Source of the DNA: Acidimicrobiia bacterium
GTDB taxonomy: Bacteria > Actinomycetota > Acidimicrobiia > Spongiisociales > ZC4RG35
Reading direction: 5' to 3'
NCBI GenBank assembly: GCA_012270885.1
Contig: JAAXHN010000005.1
Location: 5,775 to 69,774 of the forward strand
DNA: 64,000 bases
The notes below the pieces were generated by a model that saw nothing but the letters and a program-made list of their open reading frames with translations, had not been told where the DNA came from and did no database searches. Shown in pieces: positions 29,428 through 39,564 of the stretch. The translations under genes were made by a program, and so were the position numbers. The stretch's first letter is position 1. Every line of letters starts with the position of its first letter.

Positions 29428-30518
29428 CCGATCCGGTGTGGAGGGAGCGTATCCCCGTGTTAGAGCGGCAGTTGGCCGCAGTGGAGAGGTCCATGGCACA
29501 GCCGGATGTGATCTCCGACCATCGGCGGCTGGCCGATGCGGGCCGGCGCCGGGCGGAGCTATGGCCGATCGTGAAGACCGCCCGCGCCTGGCTGGCAGCG
29601 GTGGAGGATGCCAGGGAGGCCGAGGAGTTGGCCGAGTCCGACCCGGGGCTCCGCGACGAACTATTGGAGATGGCCGAGGAACGGCGTCGGGATGCCGTGT
29701 GCCTGGAAAAAGAGTTGGAGATCCTCATGGTCCCCGCCGATCCCGACGACCATCGGGACGTGATCATGGAGATCAGAGCGGCGGCCGGAGGCGACGAAGC
29801 CGCCATCTGGGCCGGTGATCTGCTTCGCATGTACCAGAAGTTCTCCGACCGGCACGGTCTCCGCACCGAGGAGATGGACGCCTCTCCCTCCGGAGTGGGC
29901 GGATACAGCAAGGTCTCCTTCGCGGTCAAGGGTCGCGGATCGTATGGAATGCTTCGCTATGAAGGTGGAGTGCACCGCGTGCAGCGGGTGCCCAAAACCG
30001 AGTCGCAGGGGCGGGTTCACACCTCCACGGCCACCGTTGCCGTCTTACCGGAGGCCGACGAGGTGGAGGTGGAGTTGAGCGCCGACGAAGTCCGGGTGGA
30101 CGTGTTCCGCTCATCCGGCCCGGGCGGCCAGTCGGTCAACACCACGGACTCGGCGGTCCGGATCACCCATCTCCCCACCGGGCTGGTGGTGAGTTGCCAG
30201 GACCAGAAGAGCCAGTTCCAGAACAAGGAGAAGGCCTTCCGGGTGCTGCGCGCCCGGCTGTACCAGTTGGAGATCGAGCGGCGCCAGGCCGGCATCGCCG
30301 GCCAGAGACGGTCCCAGGTGGGGGGTGGCGACCGATCGGAGAAGATCCGCACCTACAACTTCCGGGAGAACCGTGTAACGGACCATCGGATCGGGCTTGT
30401 CCTGAAGTCGCTCGACCGGGTGCTTGAAGGGGAGATCGACAAGATGACCAGCGAATTGGCAGCCCGGGACCGGTCCGAAAGACTGGTCTCCTCACTCTCG
30501 GCGCCGGGATCGGACTAA
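29424..30518 (+). CDS. prfA: Peptide chain release factor 1
   Basis: Start re-set to ATG 29424 (MTDPVWRER...), overlapping the previous stop by 4 nt. GGQ motif SSGPGGQSVNTT. The tripeptide-anticodon region reads VPKTESQGRVHTS in place of the canonical PxT. Confidence 0.95.
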   Translation: MTDPVWRERIPVLERQLAAVERSMAQPDVISDHRRLADAGRRRAELWPIVKTARAWLAAVEDAREAEELAESDPGLRDELLEMAEERRRDAVCLEKELEILMVPADPDDHRDVIMEIRAAAGGDEAAIWAGDLLRMYQKFSDRHGLRTEEMDASPSGVGGYSKVSFAVKGRGSYGMLRYEGGVHRVQRVPKTESQGRVHTSTATVAVLPEADEVEVELSADEVRVDVFRSSGPGGQSVNTTDSAVRITHLPTGLVVSCQDQKSQFQNKEKAFRVLRARLYQLEIERRQAGIAGQRRSQVGGGDRSEKIRTYNFRENRVTDHRIGLVLKSLDRVLEGEIDKMTSELAARDRSERLVSSLSAPGSD

Positions 30519-30532
30519 CCCTCTCGAACCCG

Positions 30533-31363
30533 ATGGCTTTCTTGGCTCTCTCTCCCCTGCAGATCTCCCGCCGCAGTCGGCTCCCCTACCACGAGGTGCG
30601 GCGCCTGATCGAGACTCTCACCGAGGACAGCGTGGAGGCCGACCGGCCCCTGCCCCCCGGGATCGCGGCGGCGACCGAGACGCTGATCAAAAAACGCCAA
30701 GCGGGAGTCCCCCTCCAATACCTGGAGGGGTACGTGGACTTCGGCCCGATACGAATGGCGGTGGACGAGAGAGCCCTGATACCCAGACCCGAGACCGAGC
30801 AGTTGTGGGAACTGGTCACCCGATTGGTCCCTGCCTCCGTGCCATCGGTGATAGCGGACATCGGGACCGGCTCGGGCGCTCTGGCATTGGCGCTGGCTCA
30901 CACTTATCCCCGAGCGAGAGTCGTGGCCACCGAAGTCTCTCCCAAGGCCCTGGAGTTGGCCAGAGAGAACGTTAGGGCCAACCGCTGGGAGGCCGTCCGG
31001 ATCGACTTGCGGGAAGGCGACCTCTTCCACGCCATGCCAGGTTCCTTGCGGGGCGAGGTGGACATAGTGGTCTCCAATCCACCCTACATTGCGGAGTCGG
31101 AGTGGGCCAGTCTTCCGGCCGAGGTGAGAGCCGAGCCCTACCCCGCGCTGGTGGCGGGACCTCGTGGCACCGAGATACTGGAGAGACTGGCTGCCGAGGT
31201 ATGCGATTGGCTGAGGCCATCCGGGACGGTAGCCGTTGAAATCGGAGAAGGCCAGGCCGCTGAGGTACAAGAGGCATTCCGGGCGGGAGGTATCGCCGCC
31301 AAGGTCCACCAAGATCTGGCCGGGCGGTCCCGCTTCGTGTGGGGAGGCCCGGTCGGATGGTGA
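30533..31363 (+). CDS. prmC: Release factor glutamine N5-methyltransferase
   Basis: DIGTGSGALALALA SAM motif and the NPPY catalytic motif (VVSNPPYI). Confidence 0.9.
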   Translation: MAFLALSPLQISRRSRLPYHEVRRLIETLTEDSVEADRPLPPGIAAATETLIKKRQAGVPLQYLEGYVDFGPIRMAVDERALIPRPETEQLWELVTRLVPASVPSVIADIGTGSGALALALAHTYPRARVVATEVSPKALELARENVRANRWEAVRIDLREGDLFHAMPGSLRGEVDIVVSNPPYIAESEWASLPAEVRAEPYPALVAGPRGTEILERLAAEVCDWLRPSGTVAVEIGEGQAAEVQEAFRAGGIAAKVHQDLAGRSRFVWGGPVGW

Positions 31364-31911
31364 CCACCCCTCTTTTGGCCCGGGCAACGGCCCTGCTCGC
31401 CGAGGGAAAGGTGGTGGGCGTGCCCACCGACACCGTCTACGGGCTGGCCACCCACCTCTCGGCCCAGCAGGAACTCTTCGACGTGAAGGGACGCCCGCCG
31501 GAAAAGGTGATTGCCGTGCTCGTGGGGTCTATGCCCGACGCTTTGGAACTGGCCGTGTTTCCCCCTGTCGCTCGAGAGTTGGCCGATGCCCATTGGCCGG
31601 GTCCCCTGACGCTGGTTCTCTCTTCCAGGAACTCCACCATGGACAATGGCCCGAAGACCGTCGGACTCCGTATGCCCGATCACCCGCTCGCCCTGGAGCT
31701 GCTGAACCTATGCGGGCCGCTCGCCGTGACATCCGCCAATCGGTCCGGGGACTCCCCGGCCCACTCCCACCTGCAAGCCCGGGACATCTTCGGCGACCGG
31801 ATAGAACTCTATTTGCCGGGTGTGTGTCCGGGAGGCGTGGCCTCCACCGTTGTCGAGGCGTTGGCGAACCGCGATCTCAAGGTGCTGCGGCCAGGTCCTA
31901 TCAGCCTTTGA
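31357..31911 (+). CDS. L-threonylcarbamoyladenylate synthase (Sua5/YwlC/TsaC family, short form)
   Basis: GKVVGVPTDTVYGLA, KGRPPEK, WPGPLTLVL, SANRSG. The start is either 31339 or 31357; both overlap the prmC end. Confidence 0.85.
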   Translation: MVTTPLLARATALLAEGKVVGVPTDTVYGLATHLSAQQELFDVKGRPPEKVIAVLVGSMPDALELAVFPPVARELADAHWPGPLTLVLSSRNSTMDNGPKTVGLRMPDHPLALELLNLCGPLAVTSANRSGDSPAHSHLQARDIFGDRIELYLPGVCPGGVASTVVEALANRDLKVLRPGPISL

Positions 31912-31990
31912 TTCGCCGGCTCCCGGACATGGGCTTTGAGACTCTGTGACGTTTTTTCGCGCCTTCTCAACCGGGCGAGTTACCTACGCC

Positions 31991-33586
31991 TCAGGAGGGA
32001 CGGAGAGTACGGCGCATGATCTTGCCGGTTGTGGTCCGGGGGAGTTCGTCGAGAAAGGTCACCCGGCGAGGGGTCTCGTGGGCGGCCAGCCGGGTCCGGA
32101 CATGGTTTTGAAGATCTGCCGCCAACCCCTCCGAGGGTTCCGTTCCCGGGCGAAGAACAACGAAAGCTGCGGGGACATGACCCCGGATCTCATCGGGCAC
32201 CCCTACCACCGCGCACATCGCCACCGCCGGGTGGCCCATGAGGCACTCCTCGATCTCGCCCGGGCCGATCCGGTACCCCATCGAGGTGATCACATCGTCC
32301 TTCCGGCTGCGGAACCAGAGGTACCCATCGGAATCCTCCATCCCCAGATCGCCGGTGAGGAGCCACCCGTCCCGGTATTTCTCGACTGTGGCTTCCGGTC
32401 TGTTCCAGTAGCCGAGCATCATCACCGGATCGGGGGCGCGCACGCAAATCTCGCCCTCCTCACCAAAGAGCCGATTGCCGTTGTCGTCCTGGATTGCCAC
32501 CTCATGGCCGGGGATCGCCCGACCCATCGACCCGGGCCGCACCGGCCATACCGATGCGCAGTTGCCTACCACCAGGTTGGCCTCGGTCTGTCCATAGCCC
32601 TCGTTTATGTTGCACCCCAGAGCTTCCTCGGACCATTCCAACATCTCCGCTCCCAGAGGCTCGCCACCGGTGAATATGGCTCGTAAAGACAGATCAGAAC
32701 GGTTTACTCCCGAAGCGCGCATCATCTTCAAGGCTGTGGGCGGTAGAAAAGCGAGTGTCACCCGATGCTCGGCCATCAGGTCGAAGGCTGCGCCAGGGTC
32801 GAACCTCTCTTCTTCTGAGGTCAGGACGGGTATCCCGTAATACCAGGCGGGAATCAATGCGTCCATCAAGCCTCCCAGCCACGCCCAATCGGCAGGAGTC
32901 CACATGACATCATCGGGCTGGGGAGGAAACTCGTAGTAGCACTCGAACCCGGTGAGATGCCCGTACAGGGAACGATGGGCGTGCATTGCACCCTTGGGCG
33001 GTCCGGTGGTGCCGGAGGTGTATATCAGATAAGCAGGATCCTCTGCCGCGGTGTCGAGCGCCAGATCCAAGCCCGGGCCGGAACAAAGGGCGTCGAACTC
33101 CGGGCCAGTTTCGATCACCGGCAAGTGGGGAGCCGCCTCGTCCACCTTCGCCCGGTTGGCCGGGTAGGCGATGGCCGCCTTGGCGCCCGAGTCGGAGAGA
33201 CGGTAGGAGATGGCGTCCGGCCCGAACAGCGAGGCGAGTGGGAGGGACACGGCGCCCAGTTTCCACAGTGCGAGATGAGCCAGGCCGACCTCAACCGATT
33301 GCGGCGCCACGATCGCCACCCGATCCCCCGGTTCGACTCCTTGCCGAGCCAAACCACCAGCTAGCCGGTCCGATTGTTCGGCCAAATCCCCGAAGGTGTA
33401 CCGGGAGATTCTCCCTGACCGATGCTCCGCCACCAACGCCACGGCGTCGGGATCCTGTTGGTCGGCGCATGCCACTCCCAGGTTGAACCGGTCAGGGATC
33501 TCCCACCGGAACGACTCCACCAGGGATTCGTAAGTCATACCCTCATGGGGAACCAGCACCCGCCGTTCAGGCAAGTCCAACGGCAC
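31991..33586 (-). CDS. AMP-dependent acyl-CoA synthetase/ligase
   Basis: YTSGTTGPPKG AMP-binding motif, GYGQTE, and C-terminal TGKIMRR. Confidence 0.85.
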   Translation of the reverse strand: MPLDLPERRVLVPHEGMTYESLVESFRWEIPDRFNLGVACADQQDPDAVALVAEHRSGRISRYTFGDLAEQSDRLAGGLARQGVEPGDRVAIVAPQSVEVGLAHLALWKLGAVSLPLASLFGPDAISYRLSDSGAKAAIAYPANRAKVDEAAPHLPVIETGPEFDALCSGPGLDLALDTAAEDPAYLIYTSGTTGPPKGAMHAHRSLYGHLTGFECYYEFPPQPDDVMWTPADWAWLGGLMDALIPAWYYGIPVLTSEEERFDPGAAFDLMAEHRVTLAFLPPTALKMMRASGVNRSDLSLRAIFTGGEPLGAEMLEWSEEALGCNINEGYGQTEANLVVGNCASVWPVRPGSMGRAIPGHEVAIQDDNGNRLFGEEGEICVRAPDPVMMLGYWNRPEATVEKYRDGWLLTGDLGMEDSDGYLWFRSRKDDVITSMGYRIGPGEIEECLMGHPAVAMCAVVGVPDEIRGHVPAAFVVLRPGTEPSEGLAADLQNHVRTRLAAHETPRRVTFLDELPRTTTGKIMRRTLRPS

Positions 33587-33616
33587 TACTCCTCAGGAGA
33601 CCCGGTCCCAGGCAAC

Positions 33617-34354
33617 CTACCCCACCTGTGACGACGAGGCGGGCCGATCCGAAAGGCGAACGGCCTGGATCAGCCTCACCGGGACCCCGTCCAAGCGTTC
33701 GTCTCCGGCTCGTTCGATCCGGAAGCCCGCCTCCTCCAAAAGCCGACCGAGCCTATCGGTGTCTATCTCATGGAAGAACCCGGGCTCACCGTGCCGACTG
33801 TCGTCGTAGGAGTCGTGCCGGGGATGGTCGGGATCACTGAACTGCTCGTCCAGGAGCAGGAGGCGGCCCTCCGGCTTCATCACCCTCCCCAACTCGGTGC
33901 ATGCAACTTGATCATCGCCCCAGTGGTGAACGCAGTTGATGGACCAGGCGCCGTTCACGGAGGCGTCGTCAAGAGGGATCTCCTCAGCCTTGCCCTTCAT
34001 GATTGACAGGCGATCCCCCAATCCCGCCCTCCGGCGGCGAAACCTCATGATCCCTCTCATCAGCGGTGAAGGGTCCAAACCAAAGACCCTGCCGTCGCCC
34101 ACCCTCCGGGCGGCGGCCAGGACCGCCGGACCCATTCCCGCTCCCACGTCCAGCATCGTCTCCCCCTCGCCCGGATCGATCAAACGCACCACTGCCTCGT
34201 TGATGGGCGACGTCCAGAGTTGCGGGGCGTGCCTCAGGTACCGGACCTGGTGCCACCATCCCTCGTGTTCATGCCCGTGGTATTGCCCCGAACCGTGATG
34301 ATCAGGGCGCTCGGCGCCCTCCCCCTGCCCTTCCATATCCTTCTCAGATGCCAT
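33617..34354 (-). CDS. Class I SAM-dependent methyltransferase
   Basis: LDVGAGMGPAVLAAA motif I, with a His-rich N-terminus. Confidence 0.8.
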   Translation of the reverse strand: MASEKDMEGQGEGAERPDHHGSGQYHGHEHEGWWHQVRYLRHAPQLWTSPINEAVVRLIDPGEGETMLDVGAGMGPAVLAAARRVGDGRVFGLDPSPLMRGIMRFRRRRAGLGDRLSIMKGKAEEIPLDDASVNGAWSINCVHHWGDDQVACTELGRVMKPEGRLLLLDEQFSDPDHPRHDSYDDSRHGEPGFFHEIDTDRLGRLLEEAGFRIERAGDERLDGVPVRLIQAVRLSDRPASSSQVG

Positions 34355-34372
34355 TTACCAGCCTCCGTGTTC

Positions 34373-35668
34373 TCAGATTTCCGAAAGCGCCTCGGCGGCC
34401 GCGGCCAGGGCCGTTTCCACATCGTCTGTGGTGTGGGCGGCCGACAGGTACCAGAGACCCCTTCCGATCAGTCTTATGCCCCGCCGGTGCATCCCTGCCA
34501 CGAAGCCCCCGTAGCGGGCCGTGTCGTAAGAAAGGGTATCCCGGTAGTCCCGGATACGCTCGGCGGCCGTGAATCCGGCGTGGAACATGGGGCCGGGACC
34601 CTCCACCCGCAGGGGCTGTCCCGCCTCCGCAGATACCCGCCGGAGACCTTCCATGAGCTCGGCGCCCAGCACGTAGAGATGTTCGTGAACATTTTCCCTC
34701 TCCAGAATGGCCAGGGTGGACGCCGCAGCCGCCACGGTGGGATTCGAGGTGTTCATGGTCCCGGCGTGCAGAGCCCTCCCCTCCGCAACGTGCGCCATGA
34801 TCTCGGCCCTCCCCGCCAGTGCGCTGATCGGAAACCCGTTGGCCATGGCCTTGCCGAAGGTGGCGAGATCGGGAACTACCCCGAAATACCCCTGAGCGCC
34901 GGCCATTCCCAGCCGGAATCCGGTGATGACCTCATCGAAGATCAGCAGCGCTCCGTAAAAAGAGCAAAGGGAACGCAGACCCTCGAGAAAACCCTCCGCG
35001 GGAAGGATGCAGCCGCTGTTGCACATCACCGGTTCGGTGATCACCGCCGCTATCCCGTCCGGATCGGACGCCAGGGTTCTCTCCACCCCCTCCAGGTCAT
35101 TCCAACAGGCGGTGGTCACCTCGGCATCCGAGGAGAGCGGACGGCCTTCTGTCCAAGGCAGCGGCCGGGGACGCAGCCGGGAACCGAGCGCGTCCGCAGA
35201 GGCCGCCGAGACGCTCACCGCCACGTTGTCGAACCAGCCGTGATAATGGCCCTCGAATTTCAAGAAGCGTTCCCTTCCCGTGTGCACGCGCGCCACCCGG
35301 ATGGCGGCGTGCACCGCCTCGGAACCGCTCAGGCTGAACCGCACCAGATCGGCACAGGGGACCAACCGCCCGACGGCCTCGGCCAACTCCACCTCTGCGA
35401 GGTGCTGTCCGGCGAAGACCTGCCCTGAGGCGGTCGCTCTGGCCACCGCCTCGACCACCTCGGGCCGGGAGTGCCCGAGAATCAGGGGACCCTGGCTGAG
35501 CGTGAAGTCCAGGAAGGTGTTCCCATCCACGTCGGTGATCCGGCTTCCCCGACCCGACTCATAGAACATGGGATGGGGATAGTCGTGTGACCGGAACTGG
35601 CTGGAAACCCCTCCGGCCAGCACTCTCTTGGCCCGCTCGAAAAGCTCCGCCGACTTGTGATGCTTCAT
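34373..35668 (-). CDS. Class III PLP aminotransferase (glutamate-1-semialdehyde aminomutase-like)
   Basis: AELFERAKRVLAGGVSS..., LIFDEVITGFR, and FGKAMANG (PLP Lys). Confidence 0.85.
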   Translation of the reverse strand: MKHHKSAELFERAKRVLAGGVSSQFRSHDYPHPMFYESGRGSRITDVDGNTFLDFTLSQGPLILGHSRPEVVEAVARATASGQVFAGQHLAEVELAEAVGRLVPCADLVRFSLSGSEAVHAAIRVARVHTGRERFLKFEGHYHGWFDNVAVSVSAASADALGSRLRPRPLPWTEGRPLSSDAEVTTACWNDLEGVERTLASDPDGIAAVITEPVMCNSGCILPAEGFLEGLRSLCSFYGALLIFDEVITGFRLGMAGAQGYFGVVPDLATFGKAMANGFPISALAGRAEIMAHVAEGRALHAGTMNTSNPTVAAAASTLAILERENVHEHLYVLGAELMEGLRRVSAEAGQPLRVEGPGPMFHAGFTAAERIRDYRDTLSYDTARYGGFVAGMHRRGIRLIGRGLWYLSAAHTTDDVETALAAAAEALSEI

Positions 35669-35711
35669 CTCCGCCCCATCTTACGACCTGTCACCGACCG
35701 ACCTTCCCTGG

Positions 35712-36980
35712 TCATCCGGCCACCAGCCACAAGTCGCCCACGTTGACGCCGGTGGGCCCCGTGATAACCAGGTCACCCGAAGAAGCGAGCAAGGAGAAAG
35801 AGTCGTAACGACGGAGGTGTTCCCGCCAATCCAGGCCGGCGGCTCTGCCTCGCTCGATGGTCCCCCAGTCCACCAGGCCTCCCGCGGCGTCGCTCTCCCC
35901 GTCCACACCGTCGGTCGCGAAGCCTCCGAAGGTCCCCCGTCCCCGCTCGGCCAGCCTCCCGGCGGCCACCAGGGCGGCGTGCTGGTTGCGTCCCCCCCGT
36001 CCCGGCGACGAGACGTCAATCCTCACCGTGGTCTCCCCCCAGTAAACGTGCACTCGGTCGGCCACGGCCTTTTCCACCACCTCCCGGGCGGCTGCTTCCG
36101 CCCCTCCCACCACCGGGTCCGCCACCGTCTTCGCCGAGATCCCGTGCGCTCCCAGTTCGACGCGGGCCGCCCGCGCCGCTTCCACCCCATCCGCTATCAC
36201 CCGGTATGGGTGCCGAACCGACGGCCGATCCACCGACCGGGAGGATTCGAGATAGGCCATCACGGATGACGGCACCCTCTGGGAGAGCCGGTAGTCGGTC
36301 AGCACCGTCCGGGCATCCTCCGGAGTGGTGCCATCCGCCAGCGTGGGACCGGAAGCCACAGCCGAGGCCGGACCGTCCACCACATCGGAGATCAGCAGGG
36401 TGGCCAGGGGCCGGCCACCGGCCATACGGGTTATCCCCCCGTTCTTTATGGAGGAGAGATGCCGGCGGACAACGTTCATCTCTGAGATGGGAACTCCACC
36501 GGTCACCAGCGCCCGACCCGCCGCCGCCAGGTCATCGAAGGTGATCCCCGGGGCAGGGACTTCCATCAGGGACGATCCCCCGCCCGACACCAGCGCCAGA
36601 AGCAGCTCATCGGGATGCCCATCCGCCGCCAGAGAGAGCGCAGCCCGTCCCGCCAACAGGCTGGCGCGGCCCGGGTAGGGATGATCACCCACCATCACCT
36701 TCAACCGGGGATGGGGCGAGGGCTGATGGTGATCGGAGATGATCAAACCACCCACCAGGCGAGAGGACAGAAGCGTAGCAGCTCCGCGGGCCATGCCGTG
36801 AGCCGCCTTCCCCACTGCCAGGATCCGCACTCCCCGCCCGGCTTCAACCGTCTGGCCTCCCACTTCCAGCCGCTCCCCCGACACTGACAGATGCCTCTCG
36901 GTGACGAGGCAGGGGTCAACCGACCGGAGGGCCGCCCGGTAGGCGGCCAGAAAAGCCCCTCTGGCGGACCGGTCCGCCAT
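35712..36980 (-). CDS. Glycerate 2-kinase (DUF4147 + MOFRL)
   Basis: ILAVGKAAHGMA in the N-terminal domain and GETTV...GRGGRNQ in the MOFRL domain. Confidence 0.8.
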   Translation of the reverse strand: MADRSARGAFLAAYRAALRSVDPCLVTERHLSVSGERLEVGGQTVEAGRGVRILAVGKAAHGMARGAATLLSSRLVGGLIISDHHQPSPHPRLKVMVGDHPYPGRASLLAGRAALSLAADGHPDELLLALVSGGGSSLMEVPAPGITFDDLAAAGRALVTGGVPISEMNVVRRHLSSIKNGGITRMAGGRPLATLLISDVVDGPASAVASGPTLADGTTPEDARTVLTDYRLSQRVPSSVMAYLESSRSVDRPSVRHPYRVIADGVEAARAARVELGAHGISAKTVADPVVGGAEAAAREVVEKAVADRVHVYWGETTVRIDVSSPGRGGRNQHAALVAAGRLAERGRGTFGGFATDGVDGESDAAGGLVDWGTIERGRAAGLDWREHLRRYDSFSLLASSGDLVITGPTGVNVGDLWLVAG

Positions 36981-36982
36981 CC

Positions 36983-37711
36983 TCAGGGTACGACGAGCTT
37001 GAAGGCCTCCGCCGCGGCCAGGCCCGCCGGCTCACCGACCTCCACGGCCCGCCGGGTGATCCTGGCCGCAAACTTCTCCCGGTGCGCGGAGGACGCTTCC
37101 GCATCGCCCATCGTGGTCTGGGTTTGGCTGGAGTGGCACAGGAGGGCGGCGACCTTCCGGTCCACAAAACCTGTGATGTCCTCCCGGTGGTCGACCTCGT
37201 CCGCCGACCAGTAGAGCACCGCATCCGGTCGGTGCTTTCGGACCTTCCCGCCCAGCTGTGCCGGGAAGAAAAGATGGTCCCGGGCGGCGATGACCCCGTC
37301 GGTGGCGGCCAACCCCGTCACCCGATGGTCGGGGTGGAGCATGTAGCGTTTCCAGGGATCATGGGTGATCACCACGTTGGGACGAAGCCGCCTGATCCAC
37401 CAGCACAGCGTCTTCCGAAGCTCCATGCAATACTCCAGTTCTCCGTCCACCCGACCCAGCATCACCACCTCGCCGGTGATACCCAGGACGGACGCCGACC
37501 GATGCTGCTCGGTGCGCCGGGTCTCAACCAGAGCATCCTGATCGGCGGCCGGATCCCAACTCCCTTTCGATCCGTCCGTTATCACCAGCATCGAGGCCTC
37601 GCACCCCCGGTCGGACCACTTGGAAAGGACGCCTCCCGCCCCGAACTCGGCGTCGTCGGGATGTGCGCCGATCGTCAGGGCCCGGTCCGGAGTAGGCAAC
37701 TGCTCGCTCAC
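36983..37711 (-). CDS. PIG-L/LmbE family deacetylase
   Basis: LTIGAHPDDAEFGAGG and HPDH motifs. Confidence 0.85.
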   Translation of the reverse strand: MSEQLPTPDRALTIGAHPDDAEFGAGGVLSKWSDRGCEASMLVITDGSKGSWDPAADQDALVETRRTEQHRSASVLGITGEVVMLGRVDGELEYCMELRKTLCWWIRRLRPNVVITHDPWKRYMLHPDHRVTGLAATDGVIAARDHLFFPAQLGGKVRKHRPDAVLYWSADEVDHREDITGFVDRKVAALLCHSSQTQTTMGDAEASSAHREKFAARITRRAVEVGEPAGLAAAEAFKLVVP

Positions 37712-37738
37712 CGCGGTCCTTCCCGTCTCGCCACCGGC

Positions 37739-38137
37739 TCAGGGTTCTTGATCGTATTCAAGCATGGTTTTTAGCCCGGCTCTCGTCAAATGCATATAGG
37801 ACGGTGGGCCATCCAGAGATTCCTTTAGTTGATCCCAGAATTCCAGCAGTAAGGACGCATTCTCCTCGACGTTTAGATTTCGGCTAGTGGTTATAACCAC
37901 AGCTCGTACCTTGTATTCCTCGAGCGCAGCCCGCTGTGGCGACCGATAGCGTATCCGCTTGTCCCTCAAAATGGCCCACCAGTCCCGCTCGCCAACGTAT
38001 TGCAACCAAACTTCATCTGGTGCGTCCTGGCTATGCGGCCACTCAGGATGGCCCGGATAAACAATCCCATCATCTTGCGACTCCAGTACACGAGCGATGC
38101 CGATGAGACTCGCGTCGAAGAAGATGCGGCAACTCAC
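37739..38137 (-). CDS. Small PIN-like/DUF5615-like putative toxin
   Basis: 132 aa. The GTG start overlaps the upstream stop (GTGA). Visibly AT-richer than the flanks. N-terminal IFFDASL plus a small alpha/beta pattern. The family call is tentative. Confidence 0.45.
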   Translation of the reverse strand: MSCRIFFDASLIGIARVLESQDDGIVYPGHPEWPHSQDAPDEVWLQYVGERDWWAILRDKRIRYRSPQRAALEEYKVRAVVITTSRNLNVEENASLLLEFWDQLKESLDGPPSYMHLTRAGLKTMLEYDQEP

Positions 38138-38847
38138 GCCGCCCAGAGCGAAGTCTCAAAGTGAATCGCTTCTTCAGTGTCTTGCTGTGTGATGCCATAC
38201 TCACCAAACATCTCTCGCAAAGCGGAAACGGGCTCCCCAGCTGTTCGAAGCTCAGCGATTACCTCTGTGCGAATACCGTTTATGTTCGGCAAACCAAAAG
38301 AAACACGAGGGTCCAATACAATCCGTCGATGCTTCTGCCAAGGAAACCATTTGGCAGCAACGCCGCTTTCAGCATCGGGAGGCTCGAAATCAACTCTGTC
38401 AAAAAACTGCCTAGCTATCGGCGCCAGCACAAGCTGATATGCATCCTCGCCGGATCCCTCTACCACAAGGAACAGCTCCCGCTCAATACCCAAACTTTGC
38501 TGCTCCCTCCAAAGCAACTGACGGCCGTCGGAGTACAAAGGCCTAGCCTGGGCAAGAGGGTATGGGGTCTGCAGTTTCTCACGCATAGCAACTATTAGAG
38601 GACGAAGCCTCTCTATAGGAAGACGCCTTTTTCGGCAGACACACAAAAACCCCGCTTCAACAAACTCGCCCCAAGTGACATCAGTCTCTCCGGTGCGCTC
38701 CGCTCTGATGAGGGGCTCAATGACCCTTTCGAACCGTCGATCCCCGTCCAGCCATCTACGCAAGGTCTTGTCTGGTATGCCCAGAAGACGGGCCGCCTCG
38801 TTCATCTGGTACACAGGACGATCGAGTGAGGGTGGGGATAGGACCAA
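38134..38847 (-). CDS. HTH + DUF433 protein, putative antitoxin/regulator
   Basis: 237 aa. TTG start 7 nt after AAGGAG. N-terminal MerR/excisionase-like HTH (MNEAARLLGIPDKTLRRWL). The C-terminus (LDPRVSFGLPNINGIRTEVIAELRTAGEPVSALREMFGEYGITQQDTEEAIHFE) fits DUF433. Confidence 0.6.
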   Translation of the reverse strand: MVLSPPSLDRPVYQMNEAARLLGIPDKTLRRWLDGDRRFERVIEPLIRAERTGETDVTWGEFVEAGFLCVCRKRRLPIERLRPLIVAMREKLQTPYPLAQARPLYSDGRQLLWREQQSLGIERELFLVVEGSGEDAYQLVLAPIARQFFDRVDFEPPDAESGVAAKWFPWQKHRRIVLDPRVSFGLPNINGIRTEVIAELRTAGEPVSALREMFGEYGITQQDTEEAIHFETSLWAA

Positions 38848-38903
38848 CTGATTTCTCCTTGATAGCCGCGGACCGCATCTGGACGGATCCAGGCACTACG
38901 CCT

Positions 38904-39554
38904 TTATGAGAGCTTACTTTTCTCGATGCCCGCTCCTAGTGTCTTCTCCGCTTCTGTCACCCAGTCCGCCAGCCATCGGCCGCGGGGATGGGAGAGGGCC
39001 GCCTGCAGATCGGAAGGACGGTCGAGGTCCAGGGCCAGACCGGGCCGGAACACAACCTTCAGAGACCGCCGCCGGAGCCGGGCCAGGTGCCGGTGGAAGC
39101 TTCCCTCTCCGTAGGCGAAGTCGAAGTGAGGATCACTTAATCCTCCTATCAAGGAGGTGCCGCCGTCGGAGGAGGGGGCCAACACCCAGCGTCCCGAACC
39201 CACCGCGGCCAGACTCTCCCGCAGGTCCGCGGCAGTCAACAATGGAAGGTCGGCATGCACGATCATCCACCCCACCTTGCGTCTTGTCGCCACTTCCACG
39301 GCCCCGGCCGCGGCGGCGTTCAAAGACGGGGCCCGGTCCCGGACCCCCTCCCAGCCACGCTCGCAGGCCCAGTCCATGACCACCTGGTCAGCGGCCAGCA
39401 CCAACGGTCGAGCCCCGGCCTCCTCGATGGCCCCCACGACCCTGGCGGCCATCTCCAAACTGAGCAGGCGCCGCACCTGGGGCGACAGAACCGCCGCCAG
39501 TCGGGACTTGGGGGACATCGCCTGCCTAACAGGAACCGCCGCCAAGACCTCCAT
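38904..39554 (-). CDS. cofC: 2-phospho-L-lactate/phosphoenolpyruvate guanylyltransferase (F420 biosynthesis)
   Basis: KSRL near the N-terminus, HADLPLL, APSSDGGTSLIG; the CofC/FbiD pattern. Confidence 0.7.
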   Translation of the reverse strand: MEVLAAVPVRQAMSPKSRLAAVLSPQVRRLLSLEMAARVVGAIEEAGARPLVLAADQVVMDWACERGWEGVRDRAPSLNAAAAGAVEVATRRKVGWMIVHADLPLLTAADLRESLAAVGSGRWVLAPSSDGGTSLIGGLSDPHFDFAYGEGSFHRHLARLRRRSLKVVFRPGLALDLDRPSDLQAALSHPRGRWLADWVTEAEKTLGAGIEKSKLS

Positions 39555-39564
39555 CGCTCAGGAG

